From a virus (Duplodnaviria > Caudoviricetes): a stretch of 64,000 nt of DNA. Below are positions 9,540-19,634 of the stretch, piece after piece. The notes under the pieces are model-generated. The model worked only from the letters and a program-made list of their open reading frames with translations. It was not told where the DNA came from and searched no databases. The stretch lies in IMG/VR virus record IMGVR_UViG_3300033121_002003, positions 1,764 to 65,763 of that record. The stretch is one strand, 5' to 3'. Positions within the stretch are counted from its first letter, which is position 1. The number at the start of each line of letters is the position of its first letter. Both the position numbers and the translations under genes were made by a program.

Positions 9540-11555
9540 ATGGCTAAGAAATTAAAAACCGACCAGGTGACAACTCCGCCGGCTACTGCAGCCTTTGCGG
9601 ATTCGGTACCTGCGGATCTGCCGGTAAATTATGAGGTCTTTCTCCAGGCCCAGCCGGGGCCGCAGCTGGAAGTTCTTATCCGTATGGAGGATGAGATTTT
9701 GTTTGGCGGGGCTAGGGGTGGAGGCAAAACCCATGGTGGGATGCTGTGGTTGATTAAGGGCAATCCGGATTTGCCCCAGGACGATCCGGTGAATATAAGC
9801 TATGTTAACCATCCTAGGTATAGAGCGTTGGTTTTGCGCCGGCAGTTGGATGACTTGAAGGACTGGATTGATCGGGCACAGCAGTTTTTCTGCGCGGAGT
9901 CGGGAAGTCCGTTGGGGGCCAAGTATCAGATCCAGAATAAAACCTTTTTGTTTCCGTCTGGGGCCAAGATCATCTGCGCCCACCTCAAAGACGAGGCCAG
10001 TTTTCATAAATACCGTGGTCACCAATACCATAGGATATTGTTTGAGGAATTGACCCAGATCCCAACCTTGGAATTGTATTTGGAATTGCAATCCAGCTGC
10101 CGCAGCCCGCATAAAGGGCTGAGGCCGCAGATGCTGTCCACCACCAATCCGGATGGGCCGGGATTGGATTGGGTGAGGAAACGGTTTTTGAAGCATCCCA
10201 AAACTGGGTTGCGGGTACCGGGTAGGACGGTTATTGAGGAGGCTTATAAAGATCCCCGGACCCGGAAGACGGTTACCCTTACCAGGGTTTTTATCCCATC
10301 CACCATTGTGGACAATCCCAAACTGCTGGAGGCCGACCCGACTTATTATGTCCGGCTAAGGGCCATGAGCCCCGCTAAGCAGCGGGCCTATATCCACGGG
10401 GATTGGGATGCGTTGAGTGGGAGCCAGTTTTTTGAGGACTTTCGGCCGGAAGGGCCCAGGTATGGGGAGCCGGCGTGGGCCAGTCATTGTATTAATAGGA
10501 AGGATATTGAAATCCTCAGTTGGTGGTGGCGCGGGTATAGCATGGACTGGGGATATAACCACAGGTTGTGTATTTATGGAGGGGCTAAGCAGGAACCCAC
10601 TGGGAGATTGATTGTTTTTGATGAACTGACCATGAGAAGGACAGGGGCGCAGGAAGCCGGGAGGATTTTTGGCAAGCGGATTCTGCCGCAGTTGATGGAA
10701 ATGGATGTGCCCCGGATTCCCATGTTTGTCAGCCATGATGCGTTTCATGCCCGGAATGCGGATGCGGGGAATAACCCTTATTCGGTGGTGGATTTGTTTG
10801 CCAAGGGGATTGAGGAAGTGATTGGGAGGGATTCGGTTTATACTCCCAGCAAGCAGGAGTTGGAGGTGCTGGGGGAATCCGAAGCCCAGGATTGGTTGGG
10901 GATGGACTATATGGAGATGCGGGATAGGATTGCCAAAGCCAGGGTGGTGATTAGGAAGGCTCCGAATGCTAGGATTGCGGGATGGGAGCTGGCTAGGAAT
11001 TTACTAAACTGGCGGGGGTTTGATGCCAACCCGCAGGATCTGGATATGGAGTATGCTTTAAAACTACTTCATGGGCCGGGAGGGTCGGCTAGGTATATCC
11101 AGTATTACAATACGGTGCTGAAATCGCATAAAAGGGAAGACCTTCCCAAGATGTTGATTTGCAGAGATGCCTGCCCTTATTTGGTGGATGCCATTCCCCG
11201 GGCTATTTATGATGTGGATGGGGAGGATGTGAAGAAGGTAGATGCGGATCCGGAAACCGGAGAGGGTGGGGATGACGAGATCGATGCCTGGCGGTATTTG
11301 GTAGCGGGGTTTGCCAAGAGCCAGAGCCAGGAGCCGCGGGAGCTGCAGTTGAGGAAGATGTTTGCCAAGATTGCGGCCAAGTGGAATGGGGAGATCCCCG
11401 GGCATTTGGTGAGCCAGGCCTGGGACGGGGCGAATAAGATGTTGGATAAGGATCAAAGGGAGAAGTTGGCGGGCGGGTTTTCTATCCCAAGAGTCAAGCG
11501 GCCGGCGGGGTTGAAGCAGTGGCTTACGGGCGGGAATGGGTTTAGGATACAGTGA
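9540..11555 (+). CDS. terL: terminase large subunit
   Basis: Start ATG 9540 (MAKKLK); Walker A FGGARGGGKT; Walker B ILFEELTQ; TTNPDGPG motif; nuclease SMDWGY ... DDEIDAWRY. Confidence 0.92.
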   Translation: MAKKLKTDQVTTPPATAAFADSVPADLPVNYEVFLQAQPGPQLEVLIRMEDEILFGGARGGGKTHGGMLWLIKGNPDLPQDDPVNISYVNHPRYRALVLRRQLDDLKDWIDRAQQFFCAESGSPLGAKYQIQNKTFLFPSGAKIICAHLKDEASFHKYRGHQYHRILFEELTQIPTLELYLELQSSCRSPHKGLRPQMLSTTNPDGPGLDWVRKRFLKHPKTGLRVPGRTVIEEAYKDPRTRKTVTLTRVFIPSTIVDNPKLLEADPTYYVRLRAMSPAKQRAYIHGDWDALSGSQFFEDFRPEGPRYGEPAWASHCINRKDIEILSWWWRGYSMDWGYNHRLCIYGGAKQEPTGRLIVFDELTMRRTGAQEAGRIFGKRILPQLMEMDVPRIPMFVSHDAFHARNADAGNNPYSVVDLFAKGIEEVIGRDSVYTPSKQELEVLGESEAQDWLGMDYMEMRDRIAKARVVIRKAPNARIAGWELARNLLNWRGFDANPQDLDMEYALKLLHGPGGSARYIQYYNTVLKSHKREDLPKMLICRDACPYLVDAIPRAIYDVDGEDVKKVDADPETGEGGDDEIDAWRYLVAGFAKSQSQEPRELQLRKMFAKIAAKWNGEIPGHLVSQAWDGANKMLDKDQREKLAGGFSIPRVKRPAGLKQWLTGGNGFRIQ

Positions 11556-11571
11556 GAGGAGGAGTTAAGAG

Positions 11572-11910
11572 ATGGGAACGTTGAAGAACTTCATGGCGGC
11601 CTCGAGAAAGTCCAACCTGTTGCCGTTTGGGCTGCTGCCTGCCAACTGGGATGTGAGCTGGATCGAGAACAATGCCGGCGGCGGAGGAGGCGGGGCGCAG
11701 GCGGTAAATGACTTCACCAGCTCCCTAAATGGGAGCTTGCAGGATTTCACTCTCACCGCGGCGCCCAGTGGGACAGGGAAGTTGCAGGTTTATTGGAACG
11801 GGATTGGGTTGAGGCTGGGGGATCCGGGGGGATTTACCAACAGCGGAACCAGTTTGCATTTGAATGTGGTGCCACAGGTGGGAGATACCCTGGTGGCGTT
11901 TGTGTTTTAA
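11572..11910 (+). CDS. small virion-type beta-sandwich protein
   Basis: LNGSLQDFTL...VYWNG...FTNSGT...PQVGDTL pattern typical of tail-associated modules; GAGGAG RBS. Confidence 0.55.
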   Translation: MGTLKNFMAASRKSNLLPFGLLPANWDVSWIENNAGGGGGGAQAVNDFTSSLNGSLQDFTLTAAPSGTGKLQVYWNGIGLRLGDPGGFTNSGTSLHLNVVPQVGDTLVAFVF

Positions 11911-11933
11911 GGGCCAGGAAGGGAGATAAGGTT

Positions 11934-14900
11934 ATGACCGATCGGATCAAGATTGCATTGTGGTTGCTGGCAGGGTTGTTGTGGCTGGCAGGGTTGGAGA
12001 TCAAGGGGCAGACGGTTACGCTGGGGACCCAGACCAAAGGGATTCTGCCGGTGAACCAGGGCGGGACCAATGCTACGGATGCGGCTGCGGCCAGGAGCAA
12101 TCTGGGGGCGGTGGGGTTGTCGGATAGCCAGACCCTGAGTAATAAAATCCTGACCAGCCCCAGGGTGAATGATATTCGAGGGTATAGCAACTCCCTATTG
12201 ACGGTGTTGTTTGGGGAGGCCGCGGGGGCGGTGAATTATGTGGGGATTTACCAGGCCGCCACGGGGACTGGGCCGTTGATTCAGGCGCTGGGAACGGATG
12301 CCAATGTGGATTTGAGGTTGAGGCCTCAAGGGTCGGGGGCTTTGGATTTGGGAGATATGGGGGCGATCAAGATCACCGGATGCGCGGCGGGGGATTACCC
12401 CCGAATCACCGGGGGGAATTTGTTGAGTTGCGATTCCGGGTCGGGGTCGGGAGCGCCGACCGCTGCGAGCTATATCACCCGGACTGCGGAAGCGGGGTTG
12501 AGTAATGAGTTTGCGTTGGACTCCTTAACAACCGGGTTGTTGAAAAACACCGCGGGGGTGTTGTCGACGGCCGGGGCGGCAGATCTGCCTAATCATGCCA
12601 GCCGGCATAATGATGGCGGAGCGGATGAGATCGGGATTGATGGGAGCCAGGTGGTGAGTGGGTTGGTGGCGGATGCCAGGATTCCTACCAGCTTGGCGGG
12701 AAGGACATTTACCTCGGGGGTGTTGATTGATGGGTCTGGGATGGGGGATACCTACTTGGCGTTGGAAGACTCGGGGGGATCGCTACCAAGTTGTGTGGCG
12801 GGGCGGGCGGTTTTATATTCGGTATTGGGGGAGTTGGATTATTGTAACGGGTTTACCATGACCCGGCAGGTGGTAGGGAATCTACTTCTGACTTCGGGGA
12901 CCGTGGGGTATATACCATATATTTCAAGCAGTAGTACCCTTCAGGGGTATTTGGCGCCTGCTACGGCTGCTACTGCCAGTACATTTGCGGTTAGGGGGAG
13001 CCAGGGGGATCTTAAGGCCCAGCAGTTTGAGGCCATCCCTACCAATGACAATGTGGCAGGGGTTTTTCAGAGGTATTCCTCCGGCCAGTCCAACTATATC
13101 CTGGCGATTAGGAGGGAAGATACCGTCCAGATGGCGGGGGTGGATAAGGATTTCAGATGGATTGGGAATGTGGTTGGGAATGTAACCGGGAACGCGACCA
13201 CAGCTAACTCTTTAACCAATGATCCTACGGATTGCACCCCGTTGAATGGGTTTGCCTGGACAATTGATTCGACGGGGAATTTTGGTTGCCGGGCGGTGAA
13301 TTTGGCGTCGGCGGCGGATACCACCGGCCAGCTGGCGGTGAATAGGTTGAATGTAACGGGGACGCCGGATGCCAGTAAGGTTTTGTATGGGGATCGGTGG
13401 GCGGCGCCGCCTTCTGGCGGGGGGCCGGTGGTTTATTGTAGCGGGGTGGTTGGGGACGGGTCTACAGATGACCAGGCAGCGATCGCGAGCTGTATTAATT
13501 CGCTGCCGGTAACAGGGGGGACGGTGGATTTGCCGTGTGTGGCGATGGGGGTGGGGACGACGTTGGAGATTGGGAATGGGACACTATCAGCGGTGGGGAC
13601 CCGGTTTGGAATTACTTTGCGGGGATGTGGGAGGGGATCGGATAGTCATGTAATTAGCGATGCTAATGGACAAAGAGGAGCGACCAAATTAAAGTGGGTA
13701 GGGTCGGCGCTGTCGACCAAGACTATATCCGGGGCAACCAATACAACCCCGGTGCAGATTACCGTAACCGGCCATGGGTTTACCGACGCCCAGCAGTATG
13801 TGTTGGTGGATCAGGCGGGAAGGTCGGGGACTTGTAATAATGACAGCGGAGCGAATGGGGTTTGGGGGATCAGGGTGGTAGATGCGAATACCCTGGAATT
13901 AAGGGGATCGACGGGGAATGGGACTTATAACGGGACTTGTCCCGGGACTTTGTATTATGGGAACCCGGTAGTGAGAATTGCTGGGCCGACATTGAATGTT
14001 AGGTTGGAAGGGATTCAGATTGATGGAGGAGCGGCTAATTCAGGAGGGCTGACTGGAACGTTGAGCCTGGCCGGGCCCGCGGCGTTTACCGGGTTGGAAG
14101 TAAGGCATGCTAGCAATTCCAGCTTGAAGGATATTGGGGTGACTCGGGTAGCAGGGGTGGGGTTTATGTTTAGGACTTCCAACATCGCCCCGATCGCGTT
14201 TGGGAATTGTCATGGATATGGGGTGGGGATGGATTATTTGCAGCCCCAGCATCAAAGAAGCTCAGGAATGGTTATGACGGGGTATGATGCGGCTAATGGA
14301 ATGGATACGTGTAGCTGGAAGTTTAATGATATCAAGATGGCTTATGGCGGAGGCGGGGGAAGCTTTGGGGTTGAAGAGGCCTTTGCGGATAATAACAACT
14401 TCCTGCATTTGCAGTTGCCCAAATCCACCGGCGGGACAGGGGTGGATTGGAGATCTACCCGGCAGGTTACGCAGACAGCGTTTCCTCAGGCTCAGGTTTG
14501 CGATCGGTGCTATGTGGCCACCTGGAGTGGCCAGACCGGCACGGGAGGGGGAGGGAAGTTTTTATGGCTTCCTAATTATGGCAGCCAGGAGATTGGAGGG
14601 GTGATTCCCTCCAGCTTGACTTCCGGAACTGATGTCCGGGGGTTTAATGACATGGGCCAGATGTGGGGGATGGAGGCTTTGGGGCTGACCGTCACCAACG
14701 GGGCGGTTGTTAAATATACCGGGACTGATGAGAACTACGCCACCATGGTTATTAACAATGCCAGCGGGGCGCAAAATGGAGCGGGTAGGGTTTACTTTCA
14801 GCGGGCGGGGGTGAATATCGGGTCGATCAAGGCCCATTACTTTGATGGGTTGGGATTGTATGTAGGAGATGCTGGGGGAACGGGGACATTGAATGAACGG

Positions 14901-15101
14901 CTAAGGTTGAGAAACAATGGATTGTTTACTCCTACAGGAGTCAACTTTACCGATCTGGGAGGGGAGCCCACCGGGAGTTTTGGATATTGCCAGGATTGCC
15001 AGGTAACGTCCGGCGCCAATAATGCGTGTGCTAGTGGGGGATCGGGGGCTTTGGCTTGGAAGGTCAATGGAACCTGGAGATGTTTTGCCACGCAAAACTG
15101 A
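11934..15101 (+). CDS. tailspike/tail fibre with pectate-lyase-like beta-helix and N-terminal signal peptide
   Basis: Start ATG 11934 (MTDRIKIALWLLAGLLWLAGL); fibre motifs (GILPVNQGGTNAT); GVVGDGSTDDQAAIASCI Pectate_lyase_3-like entry motif. Confidence 0.7.
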   Translation: MTDRIKIALWLLAGLLWLAGLEIKGQTVTLGTQTKGILPVNQGGTNATDAAAARSNLGAVGLSDSQTLSNKILTSPRVNDIRGYSNSLLTVLFGEAAGAVNYVGIYQAATGTGPLIQALGTDANVDLRLRPQGSGALDLGDMGAIKITGCAAGDYPRITGGNLLSCDSGSGSGAPTAASYITRTAEAGLSNEFALDSLTTGLLKNTAGVLSTAGAADLPNHASRHNDGGADEIGIDGSQVVSGLVADARIPTSLAGRTFTSGVLIDGSGMGDTYLALEDSGGSLPSCVAGRAVLYSVLGELDYCNGFTMTRQVVGNLLLTSGTVGYIPYISSSSTLQGYLAPATAATASTFAVRGSQGDLKAQQFEAIPTNDNVAGVFQRYSSGQSNYILAIRREDTVQMAGVDKDFRWIGNVVGNVTGNATTANSLTNDPTDCTPLNGFAWTIDSTGNFGCRAVNLASAADTTGQLAVNRLNVTGTPDASKVLYGDRWAAPPSGGGPVVYCSGVVGDGSTDDQAAIASCINSLPVTGGTVDLPCVAMGVGTTLEIGNGTLSAVGTRFGITLRGCGRGSDSHVISDANGQRGATKLKWVGSALSTKTISGATNTTPVQITVTGHGFTDAQQYVLVDQAGRSGTCNNDSGANGVWGIRVVDANTLELRGSTGNGTYNGTCPGTLYYGNPVVRIAGPTLNVRLEGIQIDGGAANSGGLTGTLSLAGPAAFTGLEVRHASNSSLKDIGVTRVAGVGFMFRTSNIAPIAFGNCHGYGVGMDYLQPQHQRSSGMVMTGYDAANGMDTCSWKFNDIKMAYGGGGGSFGVEEAFADNNNFLHLQLPKSTGGTGVDWRSTRQVTQTAFPQAQVCDRCYVATWSGQTGTGGGGKFLWLPNYGSQEIGGVIPSSLTSGTDVRGFNDMGQMWGMEALGLTVTNGAVVKYTGTDENYATMVINNASGAQNGAGRVYFQRAGVNIGSIKAHYFDGLGLYVGDAGGTGTLNERLRLRNNGLFTPTGVNFTDLGGEPTGSFGYCQDCQVTSGANNACASGGSGALAWKVNGTWRCFATQN

Positions 15102-15201
15102 TTGCAGGGATTGGGGATTCATGGGTATGATGTAGGGGAAATCCCCATGCAGGGTGGGGAGGATACGGCGAGATACATTTACAAAACTAGGAGAGCCGGG
15201 C

Positions 15202-15525
15202 ATGCGCACAGGATCTGGGTGGATCGGGTTGGTGGCAATGGCGGCCGTGGTAGCAGGCGGGGTTATTGGAGCATGGGCACAGACCGGGCCCGCGGCGCCA
15301 GCAGCCGGTGGGGGAGATTTGGGATTGCCCTGGAATGGGGCACTGGGCGGGGGTGGGGTAGGATTGGCAGGGATCATGTTTTATTTCTATCGCCAGGATC
15401 GCAAGGCGGCGGAGGAAAGCATGCTCAGAATGGGGAATGAGTTTCGGGGAATCGTGGAAGCCAATACCCGGGCGATCACCACCCTTACCACGGTGATTGA
15501 GCGCTCGGATGGGGATAGTCAATAA
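15202..15525 (+). CDS. membrane protein, holin-like
   Basis: Two hydrophobic segments then charged coiled tail; AGGAG RBS before ATG 15202. Confidence 0.5.
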   Translation: MRTGSGWIGLVAMAAVVAGGVIGAWAQTGPAAPAAGGGDLGLPWNGALGGGGVGLAGIMFYFYRQDRKAAEESMLRMGNEFRGIVEANTRAITTLTTVIERSDGDSQ

Positions 15526-15554
15526 CCAACCAGAAAGGAAAGGAAGTTTCAAAA

Positions 15555-16205
15555 ATGCCTCCAGCAAATAGTCCGTGGCGGGGAATGCAAAGTTTGGTCC
15601 CCAACACCGTCACGGTGTATCTGACCAAACAGGAATATGAAGGGGTAGGCGGGGTGGGTACCGGGGCACCGGTCGACAACACCAAGCCGTTCAAACCCTG
15701 GCGGGATAATTCATTATGGTATCCATCATGGTTTGGCGGGGTTAGCCGGCGGGAGTACAACACCTTTGCTATGGATAACCAGGGGCGGTTGTCGTTGGCG
15801 CCCATTGATTCGAATCCGTTTTACTACACCTACTCGGATGTAGCGATCCGGACCTACCGGGAGTGGAGGCATCTGTTTCCGGCTGGGGTTCCGGTACTGA
15901 TCCCGTTGGTAATCTCTGCGGATGAGGCTGGGGAGTTCAATTACGGCAGCAATGGGAAGTTTATTCCCCCGCCGGCGTTTCTCCCTACCAATATGATGCT
16001 GGCTCAAGCCGCCCCGGGAGGGGAATGGATGGCGATTGATTGCCAGGAGTGGATCAAGATCCAGAAACAGACCACTCAGGTCCCGGCGGAGATGAAGGTG
16101 GAGATGATCCGGGGGGTTTGTAGCAAATCAATCCCCGCGGAAGATAAGCTGTCGGAGATCCGGTTGCTGGCGCAAATCAATCCACCGGCGGGAGTGGTGA
16201 TTTAG
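15555..16205 (+). CDS. hypothetical protein
   Basis: ORF with AAAGGA RBS. Confidence 0.6.
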   Translation: MPPANSPWRGMQSLVPNTVTVYLTKQEYEGVGGVGTGAPVDNTKPFKPWRDNSLWYPSWFGGVSRREYNTFAMDNQGRLSLAPIDSNPFYYTYSDVAIRTYREWRHLFPAGVPVLIPLVISADEAGEFNYGSNGKFIPPPAFLPTNMMLAQAAPGGEWMAIDCQEWIKIQKQTTQVPAEMKVEMIRGVCSKSIPAEDKLSEIRLLAQINPPAGVVI

Positions 16206-16224
16206 GAAAGAGAGGGCCCGGGAT

Positions 16225-16698
16225 ATGACCAGACCAATGCCAATGCCGCCGCGGCGGCCGGGGCCGGGGCCAGGAGCTCCTGGCCCAATGGGCGGGGGAT
16301 TGCCTCCTGGCCCAATGCCTACAGGAATGCCAGGGCCGATACCGGGCCCAGGACCCGGGGGGCCGATGCCTCCGATACCCCCCGGGTCTGGAATGCCTCC
16401 AGAACCAGAGCCGGATGGAGATGAACTGGCGGGAGGGGTTGAGCCTCCCAGCCCAGAGCCGGATATGCCCCCGGCGGGCGCCGGCGGAGGGAGTCAGATG
16501 TTTACGGACTCCCAGGTCAGTTATCACGGTCCCCAAGAGATTTGCGGGACGTGTGATTATTTCCAGCCGCCCAATGAGTGTGTTGTGGTACAGGGGCCCA
16601 AGGATGAATCCGGGTGGTGTACTTTGCACTCGGCGCGGGCCGGCGGGGCGGGAGGTGGGGGATTGGTTATACCTCCTGGAATGGGAGAAGGAGAATAA
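16225..16698 (+). CDS. Pro/Gly-rich protein with C-terminal HiPIP-like 4-Cys domain
   Basis: CGTCDYFQPPNECVVVQGPKDESGWCTLH matches the small HiPIP pattern CxxCxxF...C..V.G.....GWC. Confidence 0.65.
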   Translation: MTRPMPMPPRRPGPGPGAPGPMGGGLPPGPMPTGMPGPIPGPGPGGPMPPIPPGSGMPPEPEPDGDELAGGVEPPSPEPDMPPAGAGGGSQMFTDSQVSYHGPQEICGTCDYFQPPNECVVVQGPKDESGWCTLHSARAGGAGGGGLVIPPGMGEGE

Positions 16699-16702
16699 CG
16701 CG

Positions 16703-17182
16703 ATGTCCTGGTTGAGGATCTTTGAAGCATACCGGGATTTGGAAGCGGAAAAGGTAGCGGCCGAGGCCCGAGCGGAGTTTCTGCAAGATCAGGTTAGCCA
16801 GCTGCAAGCCCGAGTGGAGACCCTGGATGAACGGTCTCAACAGGCCCAAAGCCAGCTGCTGGCAGATAGAGAAAAGGTAGCGGATATGTTTGCCGTGAGG
16901 GTAATGGAAGAGGGGGTTTATGATCAATCCCGCCAGCATCCTGCAATGAAGCGTGCAGGTGGGAGCCAGCCAATTCCTGCCCCAGGCCCGCAGCGCATAC
17001 CCGCGCATTTGGTGGCGCGGGCACTGACCAAAAAGGCTTTTGAGGACGACCACCGGCGGATGCAGGAAGAAGCCGCAGAGCTGCAAAAGGTAGCGGAGGG
17101 GCAATTGGGATTGAAGTTGGGGCCGGTAGGGCCGCCAGTGGGGAAGGAAGGGACTGCTGATGCCCAAGCATCCGCTGGTTGA
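16703..17182 (+). CDS. coiled-coil hypothetical protein
   Basis: Start ATG 16703 (MSWLRIF) after GAAGGAG. Confidence 0.6.
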   Translation: MSWLRIFEAYRDLEAEKVAAEARAEFLQDQVSQLQARVETLDERSQQAQSQLLADREKVADMFAVRVMEEGVYDQSRQHPAMKRAGGSQPIPAPGPQRIPAHLVARALTKKAFEDDHRRMQEEAAELQKVAEGQLGLKLGPVGPPVGKEGTADAQASAG

Positions 17183-19583
17183 TGCCTTACGGCCGCATTT
17201 GCGGCGGTATATCCAGGAGCGGGTATTTCCGGACGTCGATCCGGAGAAGTATTTTCAGCTGGCGCTAGCCCGGCGGAGCTATCTCTACTGGGATGGGTTT
17301 CAAAATGTCTATCCCCAGGTAGATCATGGGGTGGTTTACAATTACCTACCCGTACCCCAGCCTGGGCAGGGGCAGTATTTTGAAGATTCCCAGCGGGATG
17401 TCCAGGCCCTGTTTGATGGGAATATCAACATGGTCCGGGGAGATGGGAATAAGTTTGTAGCGGTGCTATCTAACCGGGCGCCGAATGTCAAAGCCATGCC
17501 GCTACAATCAGACTCGGAGGATCTGCAGAAGAAGGCCAAGCTGGCGGATAAGATCCTGATGGCGCTGCGCCGGAGCTGGGATGTGGATATCATCCAGCAA
17601 CAGATGGCGTTTAATGCCTGGACGTTTGGGACTTATTTCCCCCATGTGTATTGGGAGGTGGATCCTCAGAAATACGGCAAGTTGTCTGTGGGGAAGTTTG
17701 AGGAGAAACAGCTGATCATGCAGGGTCAGGCCTGTATGAGATGTGGGGTTCCTTATCCAGAACCTCAGCGCCCGTTGATGTGTGAACAATGTGGGGGAAC
17801 TGATTTTGAGCCCCTGGAACCTATCACCATTCCCTATATGGAACAGACGGGGGAGGAGACATTTCCTATTGGCGCCCCCAAGATAGTTATGGCTACGGTG
17901 GTGGATTTCACCGTGCCTTTCTATTCCAAGGATGTGGAAGATGCGGTATGGGGATGGTACGACCAGGATATTGATTCCGGGCGGCTGGTGCAGGTGTTTC
18001 AGGACGACCCATTGATGACTCAGGCTGTGGAGTCGGATGGGGGTGGGTTTCCGGGATGGGCAACTGCCAGTCAAACCGGCCAGACTGCTCATATTACCCG
18101 GGAGTTGATGGCTAGCAAGGTGGGGAGCCCGCTGTTAAAAAAGCGGTCCCGCTGGAACTTTGGGCAGTTCTGGATTCACCCAGCCCGGTATTGGTCTATT
18201 CCCAGTTCCTGGAAAGTAACGGGGATCAAAGACGCCCGGGGGGTGGCAATGCCTGCCCGGCCTATGGGGGAGGTGCTGAGGGAAGCTTTCCCGCGGGGAG
18301 TGCGAGCCCAGTTTGTGGAAGGGGAGTTGATGGGGCTGCGGGATGACGCCCTGGCGGATTGTTGGGGATATGGAAAGCCTGGGGTTAGCCCTTATATTTA
18401 CGGCCATCCGGTAAGTTATGATCTGATCCCGATCGCGGATATGGTCAACTTCCAGCACGCTTTGTTTTCTGAAACGGTGCAACGGAATCTTCCTCTTACC
18501 TTGATCAACAATGAAATGATTGATCCGGCGGCGTTGCAGGGAAGGGCAGGGATTCCCGGGGAGTTCATCCCAGTCCGGCCGATGAGTGGGCAGAAAATGT
18601 CTGAAGCCCTCTACAACGTCCAGATGGCTAAGATCGAACCCCAATTGGCGACCTGGATTCAGGGGTTGGTAGCTACGGGCCGGGAAATAACTGGGGTGCT
18701 GCCGGCGATTTTTGGTGCAGAGTCCTCCAGCAATACCGCTAGGGAAGCGGAGCTGCGCCGCAACCAAGCTCTGATGCAATTGTCTCTGTCCTGGAATGGG
18801 ATGAGAAATGCCTGGCGCGGGATTTACATGTGCGCCCTCAAACTAATGCAGAAAAATGGGGCGTGGGCGCTGAAGAACTTTGGGCTGACCGAACAGGAAG
18901 TTAGGTTAATGGATACCCTGCTAACCCCGGAAGGCAACTTGGCGGGGTTTTATTTGGATATCGAAGAAGCCATCCCTGCTACTTGGGGTCAGGTTAGGGA
19001 TGCGGTGAATTTTGTGCTCCAGGGCGGTCCGGAGATGTGGCAATTGACCGGAGCTGGGGATCCAGCCAACATGTCCAAGGTCCACACAGCACTGGGGATC
19101 TCTGGATGGCGGGTGCCGGGTAATGATGCCAGGACGTTTGTGATGGAGGAAATTACCGGGATGCTGGCAGAGCAGCCTTTCCCCGGGCCTATGGGCCCAG
19201 TTCCCAGCCGGCCGGTGGATACTTTGTTATTTGTTGTTGATCCCGGTCTGGCATTGCAGGTGGTTAAGGAATGGCTGGTCAGTGATGACGGCAGGAATCA
19301 AAGGGAAATCAACCCCGGCGGGTATATGAATATCATGGCTTTGGGCTTGGCAATCAATCAGCAGGTTATGATGCAGCAGCAAGCTGCTGCAATGGCCGCT
19401 GGTGGAATGCCCCCGGAGGGTGGGGAGGCTGGAGCTGGACCAGCCGCTCCGCCTGCCGGTGCAATGCCGGAAGGGGGAGGGCCGGCGGGAAATCCGTTGT
19501 TGGCGGCGCCCCCGCCGGGAGGGGTTCCTCCGGCTGGCCCGGATGCGCAGGCCCGTCAATTAGGAGGTCCCGTACCAAGATGA
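17160..19583 (+). CDS. portal protein
   Basis: 807 aa, helical, directly upstream of scaffold-like and capsid genes; Pro-rich tail. Confidence 0.7.
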   Translation: MPKHPLVDALRPHLRRYIQERVFPDVDPEKYFQLALARRSYLYWDGFQNVYPQVDHGVVYNYLPVPQPGQGQYFEDSQRDVQALFDGNINMVRGDGNKFVAVLSNRAPNVKAMPLQSDSEDLQKKAKLADKILMALRRSWDVDIIQQQMAFNAWTFGTYFPHVYWEVDPQKYGKLSVGKFEEKQLIMQGQACMRCGVPYPEPQRPLMCEQCGGTDFEPLEPITIPYMEQTGEETFPIGAPKIVMATVVDFTVPFYSKDVEDAVWGWYDQDIDSGRLVQVFQDDPLMTQAVESDGGGFPGWATASQTGQTAHITRELMASKVGSPLLKKRSRWNFGQFWIHPARYWSIPSSWKVTGIKDARGVAMPARPMGEVLREAFPRGVRAQFVEGELMGLRDDALADCWGYGKPGVSPYIYGHPVSYDLIPIADMVNFQHALFSETVQRNLPLTLINNEMIDPAALQGRAGIPGEFIPVRPMSGQKMSEALYNVQMAKIEPQLATWIQGLVATGREITGVLPAIFGAESSSNTAREAELRRNQALMQLSLSWNGMRNAWRGIYMCALKLMQKNGAWALKNFGLTEQEVRLMDTLLTPEGNLAGFYLDIEEAIPATWGQVRDAVNFVLQGGPEMWQLTGAGDPANMSKVHTALGISGWRVPGNDARTFVMEEITGMLAEQPFPGPMGPVPSRPVDTLLFVVDPGLALQVVKEWLVSDDGRNQREINPGGYMNIMALGLAINQQVMMQQQAAAMAAGGMPPEGGEAGAGPAAPPAGAMPEGGGPAGNPLLAAPPPGGVPPAGPDAQARQLGGPVPR

Positions 19584-19593
19584 TTACCCAGGC

Positions 19594-19622
19594 TTGCCAT
19601 TGCCAGGAAATTGGAGTAGGCT
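19594..19622 (+). promoter_or_regulatory. sigma70-like promoter for scaffold/capsid genes
   Basis: TTGCCA(19594-19599)-N17-TAGGCT(19617-19622), 12 nt before ATG 19635. Confidence 0.45.
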
Positions 19623-19634
19623 AGGGGGGAAGAT

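Noticed and set aside
3889-15101. Diversity-generating retroelement targeting the fibre genes
   Set aside because: No reverse transcriptase motif and no template/variable repeat pair seen
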